Origin: a virus
Taxonomy: Duplodnaviria > Caudoviricetes
Length of the DNA stretch: 32,514 bases
Virus record (IMG/VR): IMGVR_UViG_3300037961_003355
Span: 1 to 32,514 of that record
Direction: 5' to 3' (one strand)
Shown: positions 1-9,490 of the stretch, one piece after another
How positions within the stretch are numbered: the first letter of the stretch is position 1
Layout: the number at the start of each line of letters is the position of its first letter
Made by a program: the position numbers and the translations under genes
The notes under the pieces: generated by a model
What the model saw: the letters and a program-made list of their open reading frames with translations, nothing else
The model's database searches: none
What the model was told of the DNA's origin: nothing

Positions 1-98
1 GAGATTTACTTGCGAAGATACTGTAATATCGGGTCTTGCAGTAGCAGCAAACGGGACTATAACAAACCCAACTGCAAGTGTAGGTACATTCCATAGTG
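1..98. repeat. Terminal direct repeat / circular assembly overlap (left copy)
   Basis: Bases 1-98 are identical to 32416-32513. Confidence 0.95.
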
Positions 99-484
99 TA
101 GAGCCAAGCAGTTTTGGAACAGTTACAACAGATACAGTAAGGAACGTGGTAGTTTATGTGACATACGATTCTTCTAATTTTAGACCACCTACTGATTCAA
201 GTAATCAGATAGGATGTACGGTACAAGTAACGCAACCTGCAACACCTGCACCTGCACACTGTAAAACATATAGAGTAACAAATAACAGTTCAACAGATAA
301 CGGATCACTTAATTATATAACCTGCGATGGGCAACAAGACATATCCTACACCATACCACCAAGTACAAGTGTAGATATATGCGTTTACCCTTTTGACACA
401 AACACCTTTGGTTTTCCAACAGTTTCAGGGAATGTAACTTATTTTGATTTAATTCAAGGTTGTACAACAGACACATTAAGTTAA
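2..484 (+). CDS. 3' part of a 182-aa junction-spanning virion protein (starts at 32351); Ser/Thr-rich beta-domain, putative adhesin/decoration
   Basis: Frame is open from base 2 and continuous with the ATG at 32351 through the terminal repeat; shares a repeat domain with ORF 6422-7834. Confidence 0.8.
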   Translation, partial: RFTCEDTVISGLAVAANGTITNPTASVGTFHSVEPSSFGTVTTDTVRNVVVYVTYDSSNFRPPTDSSNQIGCTVQVTQPATPAPAHCKTYRVTNNSSTDNGSLNYITCDGQQDISYTIPPSTSVDICVYPFDTNTFGFPTVSGNVTYFDLIQGCTTDTLS

Positions 485-485
485 G

Positions 486-536
486 ATGAGAATATACGCA
501 AGAAGTCCTTTTTTTATAGAATTTAATAGTAATTAA
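486..536 (+). CDS. 16-aa mini-ORF MRIYARSPFFIEFNSN
   Basis: Fills the gap between two genes (1 nt after the upstream stop, 2 nt before the next ATG); paralogous to the N-terminus MIKARSPYYIE of the 32351 gene. Confidence 0.5.
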   Translation: MRIYARSPFFIEFNSN

Positions 537-538
537 TT

Positions 539-1528
539 ATGCCTGTATTAGATAGAGCAGAATTGGAGTTATATATCTACGATGGTACGTCAGGTGGTTA
601 TGCTACTTCTGACCTAAGATATGAACTTTCAAAGACAAGAATATCAAGCCAAGATAACGTATTGTTTGAAATTAGTGAATTGGTTAGGGATTATATAGAT
701 GTAACCTTTAACAATGATTACCTAAGTCGTACAAAATGGGTAACTGCTATCACAAGGTTGTATGATGCTAACGGGGATGAATTTTCAAGTGGTAGTCCTG
801 TAACAAACCATTACTTAGCTATGGATGGTTATGGTTATTTCGAGGATGGAATAAACCCACAATTATCAGATAACCTATTAATGAGCAATACTACAATCTA
901 CTTACCTGAAGCAACTGCAGGTAAACTACCTATATTTGCAGAGGGGGTAGGAAAGGTAACAATAGATAGCGTAGATACACAAATAACAGATAACGGAAAT
1001 TCTAATCAAAAAATACAATACATTACCATACCTGCTGATAGCAGTACTATACAGGTTTACGATACGGATGACGCAACTTTATTGGCAACTGTTTCCGTGA
1101 CTAATATATGTGAACCTAAGTTTACACCTTATAAAGCTACTTTTGTAAATAAGCACGGTGCATACCAGGATATATACTTTTTTAAGAAATCAGTAGAAAG
1201 TATGTCAGTAACGGATGAGTTATATAAAGCAAATATTATAGACACATCAGCAGTTACCTATCCTACTTACAAAGGACAACAAGAAAGATATAACGTATCT
1301 GCTACTAAAAAGGTACAACTAAATACAGGATTTGTAAACGAAGATTTTAACCAAGCAATAGAAGAACTACTATTAAGCGAAAACGTTTGGCTAAGATGGG
1401 AAGGGTTTACGTTACCAGTAATTATAACAACCAAACAACACACATATAAAACATCTTTAAACGATAAGTTAATTAACCACACATTAGATTTTGAATTTGC
1501 ATTTAGCAAAATAAACAATATTAAATAA
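539..1528 (+). CDS. Putative tail tip/baseplate structural protein
   Basis: 329-aa beta-rich ORF in the tail module, coupled to the next gene (TAATG). Confidence 0.6.
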   Translation: MPVLDRAELELYIYDGTSGGYATSDLRYELSKTRISSQDNVLFEISELVRDYIDVTFNNDYLSRTKWVTAITRLYDANGDEFSSGSPVTNHYLAMDGYGYFEDGINPQLSDNLLMSNTTIYLPEATAGKLPIFAEGVGKVTIDSVDTQITDNGNSNQKIQYITIPADSSTIQVYDTDDATLLATVSVTNICEPKFTPYKATFVNKHGAYQDIYFFKKSVESMSVTDELYKANIIDTSAVTYPTYKGQQERYNVSATKKVQLNTGFVNEDFNQAIEELLLSENVWLRWEGFTLPVIITTKQHTYKTSLNDKLINHTLDFEFAFSKINNIK

Positions 1529-3669
1529 TGCTAAACCTACAACTATACATAGAGGGTACGGAGGTAGAATTGTTTAAGGATGAAAGTGTAAGCTTAACAC
1601 AGACCTTGCAAAACGTAAAAGATATTAGTAAGATATTTACGGATTTTACTAAGACGTTTAACGTACCTGCAAGTAAAGAAAATAATAAGCTATTTAAACA
1701 CTTCTACAACTTTGATGTTACAGGGTATGTTTCCGGTACTAAGAAAACTGCTGAATTATATCTTAATCATCAATTGTTTAAAAAAGGAAAAATAAAATTA
1801 GAAGGTGTTAGCTTAAAACAAGCAAAAGCTCATACATATAGACTTACTTTTGTAGGGGATACAGTAAACCTAAAAGATTTATTAGGCGAAAGTAAACTAT
1901 CAGCTTTAGATAATATCTATGGTATGGAGTTCACTTACAATGCAGATAACATAGTAACCTATATGCAAGACGGTTTGGATGTTACTGTAAATGGCGTTTC
2001 GTATCCTGATGCACTTGTAGTACCTTTGATTACCCATACACAGAGGTTATATTACGATAGCACTTTACCAGTTGCACAAAGTGGTAATATAGCTTACCAC
2101 GGTTCTACTGTGCAAGGTGTAAAATATGAGCAGTTAAAACCTGCACTAAGAGTTTATGCTTTAATAAAAGCTATAGAAGATAAATACGGTCTTAAATTTA
2201 GCGGTGATTTTTTTAATCAAGATAATAGCATTTTTTACAACCTTTATTTGTGGTTACACAGAAAGGAAGGTGGTATTTTAGAGGAGGATCAAATAAGGGC
2301 TAAGACTACCTTTTGTTGTATTACTGGGAGTAGTGATGATAAGAATACTTGGTCGGATAAAATAACTTCCGATGGTTTTACCTTTAGACAACCTAATAAT
2401 CCTGATAATGTAAGACTACAATACAAAATAGACATTATAACAAATGCAACAGATTATAATGTAATTGTAGAAAGAGATGGCGAAGAAAGGGAAAGATTGG
2501 ATAATGTAAGCGGAAACCAAACATTAGGTGGTATAGATACCAACCATCGATTTCCTGCAGGTACTTATAGGATATTTTTTGAAAGTGCATCAGCTGCTAA
2601 CTTTCAGTTGGACATTACTCTTAATGAATGGGTAAAAAAGTTTTTGGGGAGTGATAATAAAAGGGTACAATTACAAGGCACTGCAAAGGTAGAAACCGAA
2701 GCATCCTTTAATGCAGCTTTACAATTACCGGATATTAAAACGTTAGACTTTATTACAGGATTGTTTAAAATGTTTAACTTAACTGCGTTTCAAGATTATA
2801 ACGGTATAATACAAATAAAACCATTAGATGACTTTTACTCGCAAAGCAGAAATACGTTTGATATAACGGAGTTTTTGGATACAAACACTTCTACCGTGGA
2901 TGCATTAATGCCATATCGTAGAATATCTTTTGCTTATGATGGTACAGAAAGTTATTTTAGTGAAAGCCATAAAGAATTATTTGGTGTAGAATGGGGTACA
3001 GAGCAGTACGAAGATTTTTATAACACAGAAGGGGAAACATTTGAGTTAAAACTCCCGTTTGAACATCATAAGTTTGAAAGATTAAGGGATTCGGATAATA
3101 CAGCTACAGATGCACAATGGGGATGGTCTGTAGATATAAAGCAAGAAACCTATTTAGGTAAACCTTTGCTTTTTTATGCAAAGAAAATTACAAGCGGAAC
3201 ACAGATAAGTGTAGTTAAAACATCTTCAGTGAGGGTTGGTATTACCGATTATTATATACCTTTAAATAGCGTAGATATAACAGATAGCCAAAACCTAAAC
3301 TTTAAAGCGGAGTTTAACGAATATGCGGGAACAATATTTGAGAATACGTTATTTGAAACTTATTATAGTAATTACATAGGGGATACATTTGACCAAAAAA
3401 GAAGGTTAAGTAAATTTAAAGCATATTTACCTCTTAGAATATTATTGAATCTTTCGTTAGCTGATAGACTAATAATCTTTGACAAGATATATAAGATAAA
3501 TGAAATAACAACTAACCTTGCAACAGGGTTAAGTGATTTAGAATTAATAAACGAGGTAAGTGATTTTGTAATAGAAAACCAAGATAAGTATTTAGCTGAA
3601 TCAACAGATCAAAGGTTTTTAACAGTTGATAGCACAAATGTAACAGTAGATTGGAACGGGACAGTATGA
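1528..3669 (+). CDS. Putative tail tip/baseplate hub protein
   Basis: 713 aa; N-terminal 'ESVSLTQTLQNVKDISKIFTDFTKTFNVPAS' resembles flavobacterial phage tail proteins; lies near the tape measure gene. Confidence 0.6.
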   Translation: MLNLQLYIEGTEVELFKDESVSLTQTLQNVKDISKIFTDFTKTFNVPASKENNKLFKHFYNFDVTGYVSGTKKTAELYLNHQLFKKGKIKLEGVSLKQAKAHTYRLTFVGDTVNLKDLLGESKLSALDNIYGMEFTYNADNIVTYMQDGLDVTVNGVSYPDALVVPLITHTQRLYYDSTLPVAQSGNIAYHGSTVQGVKYEQLKPALRVYALIKAIEDKYGLKFSGDFFNQDNSIFYNLYLWLHRKEGGILEEDQIRAKTTFCCITGSSDDKNTWSDKITSDGFTFRQPNNPDNVRLQYKIDIITNATDYNVIVERDGEERERLDNVSGNQTLGGIDTNHRFPAGTYRIFFESASAANFQLDITLNEWVKKFLGSDNKRVQLQGTAKVETEASFNAALQLPDIKTLDFITGLFKMFNLTAFQDYNGIIQIKPLDDFYSQSRNTFDITEFLDTNTSTVDALMPYRRISFAYDGTESYFSESHKELFGVEWGTEQYEDFYNTEGETFELKLPFEHHKFERLRDSDNTATDAQWGWSVDIKQETYLGKPLLFYAKKITSGTQISVVKTSSVRVGITDYYIPLNSVDITDSQNLNFKAEFNEYAGTIFENTLFETYYSNYIGDTFDQKRRLSKFKAYLPLRILLNLSLADRLIIFDKIYKINEITTNLATGLSDLELINEVSDFVIENQDKYLAESTDQRFLTVDSTNVTVDWNGTV

Positions 3670-3821
3670 TAGAAAATATATTAAACTTATTAGAAATAGC
3701 TAAACAAACAAAACAATCCGGTAAATATACCTCTATAGCGTTGGGTAAAAACAAACTCCCGGGAAGTATAAAGGAAGCGTATAACATATTTAAGCAAGAG
3801 TTATGGCAAAAAAAGAAATAG
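3666..3821 (+). CDS. Small hypothetical protein (51 aa, MIENILNLLEIAK...)
   Basis: Hand-translated; ATGA overlap with the upstream gene and overlap with the tape measure start. Confidence 0.65.
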   Translation: MIENILNLLEIAKQTKQSGKYTSIALGKNKLPGSIKEAYNIFKQELWQKKK

Positions 3822-5350
3822 TATTAGAATTAAAAGCTGAAACTGGGGCAACACAAAAAGACTTAGAGGAAGTAGCGGAAGCTTTAGTAAATGTTCAAGA
3901 TGAAGCGGAGGAGACCTCTAAAGAAACTAAAAAATTAGGAAACGATTTTACAGAGATGGGTGGTCAGCTAGATACAGTTACCGGTGGTGCAGTAACTAAA
4001 TTTAGATCTTTAACTACAACATTAAAAGGAGTTACCAAAAGTTTTAGAACTTTAAAAGGTGTTATTTTTTCAACAGGGTTAGGTGCTTTGGTGATAGCTA
4101 TTGGAGCTGTAACTCAAGCTTTTACCTCCTCCGAAGAGGGGCAGAATAGGTTTAGTAAAATTCTAAAACAACTTGGGGTAATAGCGGGTAATGTAGGTGA
4201 TATATTTTCCAGCTTAGGTACAGTTATTTTAGAAACACTTAGTGGTAATTTTAGTGCAGCTGGTGATGCTTTTGATCAACTAAAAGAAAGGGTGTTTAAC
4301 TTCGGCGATGAAACAAGAAAAGAGTTAGAACTTGCTGGTGATTTAGCAGATAAAATAGCACAAGCTAATAAACAAGAACGCGAATTATTAGTTGAAAGAG
4401 CAAATGCTAATGTAGAAATTAACAAACTTAAAACAAAAGCTGCAGAAGTTGATAAGTTTACTTCCGAAGAAAGGATTAAGTTTTTATTAGAAGCAGCAGC
4501 AATGGAAGATAAGATTACCAAAAAAGAAGTTGCACTTGCTACCCTAAGACGTGATATTAAAATAGAAGAAAATAGTTTAAGCGAATCGACAAAAGAAGAT
4601 TTAGACGAAGAAGCAGAATTAATAGCTAATGTGATCCGGTTAGAAGAAGGGCGCCTTATAAGAAACAAAGAACTATTAGGTGTTGCAGCAGGATTACGTA
4701 AAATGGAAGCTGATAAAAAAGCAGCAGAGCGTGCTTCGGAGTTAGCTGCTATACAAAAACAAAGCGATGACATAAACCAAATTAAAAAAGCAGATAGCGA
4801 TTTTACAAAAGGGTTAGTAACAGATTTAAGTAATTTGAAAAAAGTCGCAGCACAAGAAGAACAAGCCTTAGACGAAATAACATTTAATCAAAAATTAGCT
4901 TTAACAAGTCAAACGCTTGGTGGTATAACTGCTTTATTAGGAGAAAATAGTGCAGCTGGAAAAGCAGCAGCTATAGCACAAGCCACGATTAATAGTTATT
5001 TAGCATTTACAGATGTACTTAAAACACCCACTACAATACCTGAACCATTTGGCAGCATACAGAAAGCTATAAGTGCAGCTGGGATATTAGCTTCGGGTAT
5101 TAGAACTGTTAAACAAATAACCTCAGTTCAAACTCCCTCCGGAGGTAGTGCAAGTGCTGGAAGTAGAGGTGCATCGGTACCTTCGACACCTCCACCTGCT
5201 TTTAACATCGTAGGTGCAGCACCAGAAAGTCAATTAGCTCAAACTATAGGTGAAAAAGAAGATACCCCTGTAAAAGCTTATGTGGTAAGTAATGATATAA
5301 CCACAGCTCAAAGTTTAGATAGGAACATTATAGAGAGTGCATCAATATAA
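3803..5350 (+). CDS. Tail tape measure protein
   Basis: Ala/Gly/Leu-rich helical and coiled-coil protein with hydrophobic segments (STGLGALVIAIGAV; AAGKAAAIAQATIN). Confidence 0.75.
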   Translation: MAKKEIVLELKAETGATQKDLEEVAEALVNVQDEAEETSKETKKLGNDFTEMGGQLDTVTGGAVTKFRSLTTTLKGVTKSFRTLKGVIFSTGLGALVIAIGAVTQAFTSSEEGQNRFSKILKQLGVIAGNVGDIFSSLGTVILETLSGNFSAAGDAFDQLKERVFNFGDETRKELELAGDLADKIAQANKQERELLVERANANVEINKLKTKAAEVDKFTSEERIKFLLEAAAMEDKITKKEVALATLRRDIKIEENSLSESTKEDLDEEAELIANVIRLEEGRLIRNKELLGVAAGLRKMEADKKAAERASELAAIQKQSDDINQIKKADSDFTKGLVTDLSNLKKVAAQEEQALDEITFNQKLALTSQTLGGITALLGENSAAGKAAAIAQATINSYLAFTDVLKTPTTIPEPFGSIQKAISAAGILASGIRTVKQITSVQTPSGGSASAGSRGASVPSTPPPAFNIVGAAPESQLAQTIGEKEDTPVKAYVVSNDITTAQSLDRNIIESASI

Positions 5351-5375
5351 AACAAAAAGTAGAAATTAATATTGT
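5351..5375 (+). promoter_or_regulatory. Putative phage late promoter AACAAA-N13-TATTGT
   Basis: One of six identically spaced copies; ATG starts 7 nt after the box. Confidence 0.65.
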
Positions 5376-5381
5376 TATAAC

Positions 5382-6422
5382 ATGAATATAATAGAACTTG
5401 TAATCGACGAAAATGATGATATTTCCGGTATAGAAGCTATAAGTGTAGTGGAATCACCGGCAATAGAGGAGGATTTTATAACTCTAAAAAAAGAGGAATA
5501 TAAACTTGCAGAGGTAAATAAAGAAAAACGTATATTAATGGGTGCAGCTCTTGTCCCTAATAAACCTATATTTAGAAAAAGTGACGATGATGAATATTAT
5601 ATTTTCTTTTCTAAAGAAACGGTTCGTAAAGCAAGCGAGTTATTTTTTATAAAAGGGAACCAAAACAACTCTACATTAGAGCATGAACTCCCACTTACTG
5701 GATTAACAGCTGTAGAAAGCTGGATCGTAGAAAGCGAAAAAGACAAAACAAGACATTATGGTTTAGATGTACCAATTGGCACCTGGATGATTTCCATGAA
5801 AGTTTTAAATGATGAAATATGGAATGATTATGTCCAAACGGGTAAAGTAAAAGGATTTAGTATAGAAGGATATTTTGCGGATAAGTTAAACAGACCCCAA
5901 GATAAGTCTATAAAAGACGAACTTGCTAAGATTGAGGAAGAAGAAGCTGAATATCTATTAGGACAAATCAAAGGTATTATAAAAAAAGACAAGCGTTTAA
6001 AAAGCGGACAACGTACTGAAATGGAAAGTTTTAGTGATTATCCAAGTGGTGTAAAAAACAACGCTAAAAAAGGTTTAGAACTAAACGAAAAAGTAAACAA
6101 TAAGTGTGCTACACAAGTAGGTAAAGTTAGGGCGCAACAATTAGCACAGGGTAAACCTGTAAGTGTAGAAACTATAAAAAGAATGTTTAGTTATCTATCA
6201 AGAGCAGGAGAATATTACGACGAGGGTGATACAAAAGCGTGTGGTACAATATCCTACTTACTATGGGGTGGCAAAGCAGGATTAAGATGGGCAGGTTCTA
6301 AACTAAAAGAACTTGACCTATTAGAAGCAAGTTTAAAAAAACCTTGTCAAGCAGGGTATGAAATGATAGGCTTTAAAATGAAAAATGGTAAACGAGTACC
6401 TAATTGTGTACCTATTAAGTAA
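5382..6422 (+). CDS. Prohead protease, XkdF-like, with C-terminal extension
   Basis: Motifs EKRILMGAALVPNKPI, TLEH, VESWIV, GTW, GKVKGFSIEG. Confidence 0.75.
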   Translation: MNIIELVIDENDDISGIEAISVVESPAIEEDFITLKKEEYKLAEVNKEKRILMGAALVPNKPIFRKSDDDEYYIFFSKETVRKASELFFIKGNQNNSTLEHELPLTGLTAVESWIVESEKDKTRHYGLDVPIGTWMISMKVLNDEIWNDYVQTGKVKGFSIEGYFADKLNRPQDKSIKDELAKIEEEEAEYLLGQIKGIIKKDKRLKSGQRTEMESFSDYPSGVKNNAKKGLELNEKVNNKCATQVGKVRAQQLAQGKPVSVETIKRMFSYLSRAGEYYDEGDTKACGTISYLLWGGKAGLRWAGSKLKELDLLEASLKKPCQAGYEMIGFKMKNGKRVPNCVPIK

Positions 6423-7834
6423 TGCGAAACAAAAGAATCCAACCACCAGTACCACAAGACGATAGAAGGGGTTGTCTTTGTTGGGATACTAACACCTATT
6501 CAAGAGAGTGCTGCGATGGTGATGATTACCATACGCAAGGCATAGGTAGTATATATGGTAACATTTTAATTGGTAGTTCACTTACATTAACTGGATTTGC
6601 GGTAGCACAAGATGGTACTATTACTAACCCCACTTCGGATATAGGAACTGTATCGTCTGTAACCCCTTCGTCTTTTTCGATAGTAGATACTAACACTAGC
6701 AGAACAGTAACAGTTTGTGTAATAGTACCCGAGGGTTATGCAAACACAGGGGAAAGTATATGCACAACTGATACAGTAACACAATTAGCTACACCTACAC
6801 TTGCTTGTAACGATATTACTTTTACAGGATTTGCAGTATCGCAAGGAGGTGTTATAACAACCCCCTCTATTGATATAGGTACAATATCTTCTACAAGTCC
6901 GTCTTCGTTTGATACAGTAAGTGAAGATACAGTAAGAACGCTTAATGTTAACGTAACAGTACCAAGTGGATATTTTAACACAGGAAGTACATTAGCTTGT
7001 ACGACAACTGCAACACAACCTGCTATAGGGGAATATACTTGTACAGATGTAGGAACTGCAACAATTTACACCGCACCTGAAAGTAGTTCCACATATACAT
7101 TTTCAAGTGGCAATACGCCAACAAGTGCAAGTGGAGGTGCATCTGGTGCAAACACAACACTTGCTGATGTAGAGAATACATTTACTTTTGGTTTTACAGT
7201 CCCTGGTGGTTATTCAAATGCAGGTGAAACAATTACTGGATGTTCATTTAATGCATATCAACCAAGCCACACAAAACAATATATCTCAAACAATCTTTCA
7301 GGGGAAAGGACTTGGAGGGTTACATTTAAAGGATCAAATCTTCCTGATACTTCAACAGCTACAAAAGATATTGTTGCAACAGGAGGGATTACGTTTGTTG
7401 GTTATGCAACACCAACAGTTGTAAGTGGGGATTCATCTGGAATTACCTGGACAGAATCGTCTGCAATTTATAATGTTGTAGGGTTTCAAGGAGCTTCAAC
7501 TCATTTAGTTTCACATAGATCGGATACTGCATTTACATCAATACAAACGGGAAGTGGGAACGTGTCTCATTATATTGTTGCCTTATTAAAGGATTCATCA
7601 GGGAGTGATATTGATCCAATTTCAGCTTCAGGGGTTAACAAAGCAATATATGAATTTAAAGTAGACCAACAATCCGGGACTGCCATAAATATCCAAAAGT
7701 CAAATGAACAAGGATATAACACAGCATCAAACTTTATGACAACCATCCCTGATGGATATTACTGTCAAACAAGTCAGAATGAGCAGATCCGGGTACAAAG
7801 TGGAATAATAACCGAATATTCTACAATTACTTAA
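6422..7834 (+). CDS. Virion protein with Cys-rich N-terminal module and tandem Ser/Thr-rich beta repeats (putative head decoration)
   Basis: CLC...CCDG N-terminus; repeated TGFAV.Q.G.IT.P..DIGT.SS..PSSF units; located in the head module. Confidence 0.55.
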   Translation: MRNKRIQPPVPQDDRRGCLCWDTNTYSRECCDGDDYHTQGIGSIYGNILIGSSLTLTGFAVAQDGTITNPTSDIGTVSSVTPSSFSIVDTNTSRTVTVCVIVPEGYANTGESICTTDTVTQLATPTLACNDITFTGFAVSQGGVITTPSIDIGTISSTSPSSFDTVSEDTVRTLNVNVTVPSGYFNTGSTLACTTTATQPAIGEYTCTDVGTATIYTAPESSSTYTFSSGNTPTSASGGASGANTTLADVENTFTFGFTVPGGYSNAGETITGCSFNAYQPSHTKQYISNNLSGERTWRVTFKGSNLPDTSTATKDIVATGGITFVGYATPTVVSGDSSGITWTESSAIYNVVGFQGASTHLVSHRSDTAFTSIQTGSGNVSHYIVALLKDSSGSDIDPISASGVNKAIYEFKVDQQSGTAINIQKSNEQGYNTASNFMTTIPDGYYCQTSQNEQIRVQSGIITEYSTIT

Positions 7835-7840
7835 AAATAT

Positions 7841-7865
7841 AACAAATAGTTAAATAATTTATTAT
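7841..7865 (+). promoter_or_regulatory. Putative phage late promoter AACAAA-N13-TATTAT
   Basis: Same bipartite motif, upstream of scaffold/capsid genes. Confidence 0.65.
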
Positions 7866-7884
7866 ACACATATAATCTTATTTT

Positions 7885-8505
7885 ATGAAAGCAACAGATA
7901 TGTTAAACAAAGTAAAAGAACTTGTTGGAGTGGAAGCATCTGAGGAAACCCAAGAAGTAAAATTAGCACAAGCTACTTTGGAAAACGGAACTGTTATAGA
8001 AAGTGAAGATTTTGCTATTGGTAGTGAAGTTTTTATTGTAACAGACGATGAAAAGGTAGCACTACCTGTTGGCGATTACACTTTAGAAGATGGGGAGCAA
8101 CTAAAAGTCGAAGAAGAAGGCATTATTGCTGCAATCGGACAACCTGAAGAAGCACCTGCTGAAGAAGAAGCGTCAAAAGAGGAGGAATTAGAAGAAGAAA
8201 AAGAGGAAATGGGTTACGCAACTAAAGAGGAACTTGCGGAATTAAAATCAATGATTGAGGAAATTAAAGCAATTATTGAAAAAGAAGAAATGTCAGAGGA
8301 AGTAAAAGAAACTGAAGAAGCTGAAACTGATAAAGAGGAATTATCTAAGCAAGAAGAAGAAGTTAAGGAAGAAGTACAACTTGAAAAAGTAACACACAAT
8401 CCAGAAGCAGAACCACAAAAAGAAATGAAACTCTACGGTCAAAAAAGAGAAATGACAACTACAGATAGAGTAATGGAAAGAATATCAAATATTAAAAATA
8501 AATAA
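7885..8505 (+). CDS. Capsid scaffolding protein
   Basis: Very Glu-rich helical protein immediately upstream of the major capsid gene. Confidence 0.65.
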   Translation: MKATDMLNKVKELVGVEASEETQEVKLAQATLENGTVIESEDFAIGSEVFIVTDDEKVALPVGDYTLEDGEQLKVEEEGIIAAIGQPEEAPAEEEASKEEELEEEKEEMGYATKEELAELKSMIEEIKAIIEKEEMSEEVKETEEAETDKEELSKQEEEVKEEVQLEKVTHNPEAEPQKEMKLYGQKREMTTTDRVMERISNIKNK

Positions 8506-8513
8506 TTTTAAAA

Positions 8514-9470
8514 ATGGCAACAACTACAACACAAAACGTAAGTATAGCTTATAACGGAGAATTTGCTGGAGAATATATTTCTGCTGCTTTGCTATCAGCT
8601 AATACTATTGAAAATGGTGGTATCACTGTTAAGCCTAATGTAAAGTACAAAAGCGTTCTTAAAACTGTAAGCACAGATGATATTGTAAAAGATGCTTCTT
8701 GTGATTTTTCAGCTACGTCTACTATTACATTGGATGAAAGAGTGTTAACTCCAGAATTTCAACAAGTAAATTTGCAACTTTGTAAATCAGACTTTCAGGA
8801 TGATTGGGAAGCTCTATCAATGGGCTTTTCTGCTCACCAAAGCCTACCTACTCAATTTTCTGATTTTTTAATTGCTCATGTAGCAGCTAAAGTAGCACAA
8901 AGAACAGAAAATAGTATTTGGACAGGAGATACTGGGACATCAGGTCAATTTAATGGTATCATGACTAAAATTGCTACAGACGCTTCGTTACCTGCAGCAC
9001 AAGAAATTGCAGGTACTACTGTAGATTCTAGCAACTGCATAGCACAAATCGGAAGCATAGTAGATGCTATCCCATCTTCACTTTATAATAGCGAAGATTT
9101 ATTTATCTATGTTTCTCAAAACATTGCTAGAGCTTATGTAAGAGCTTTAGGCGGCTTCGCTTCTAACCTTGGTGGAGCGGGTACTGATAACAAAGGAACT
9201 CAATGGTATGCAGGTGGGGGACTTAGCTTTGATGGTATTAAAATATTCGTAGCTAACGGTCTTGCTGATAATACCGCTATCGCAGCTGAAAAATCTAACC
9301 TTTATTTCGGTACTGGACTACTTTCAGATCATAACGAAGTGAAAGTTTTAGATATGGCTGATCTTGATGGTTCACAAAATGTTAGAGTAATAATGAGATT
9401 TACCGCAGGTGTTGAATATGGCATTGCAGGTGATATTGTAACTTACGGCATTACAAACTCTGCTAACTAA
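8514..9470 (+). CDS. Major capsid protein
   Basis: 318 aa; follows protease/scaffold; HK97-like pattern (AQRTENSIWTGD...FNG); followed by a terminator. Confidence 0.8.
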   Translation: MATTTTQNVSIAYNGEFAGEYISAALLSANTIENGGITVKPNVKYKSVLKTVSTDDIVKDASCDFSATSTITLDERVLTPEFQQVNLQLCKSDFQDDWEALSMGFSAHQSLPTQFSDFLIAHVAAKVAQRTENSIWTGDTGTSGQFNGIMTKIATDASLPAAQEIAGTTVDSSNCIAQIGSIVDAIPSSLYNSEDLFIYVSQNIARAYVRALGGFASNLGGAGTDNKGTQWYAGGGLSFDGIKIFVANGLADNTAIAAEKSNLYFGTGLLSDHNEVKVLDMADLDGSQNVRVIMRFTAGVEYGIAGDIVTYGITNSAN

Positions 9471-9490
9471 GAACTGATTAACTAACAACA

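Noticed and set aside
507-526. -1 frameshift at the T7 run joining the mini-ORF to ORF 539
   Set aside because: The -1 frame hits TAA at 524-526 before reaching 539
7188-7424. Nested plus-strand alternate-frame ORFs (also 17635-18018 and 27279-27473)
   Set aside because: They lie almost entirely inside stronger genes, with weak starts and no motifs
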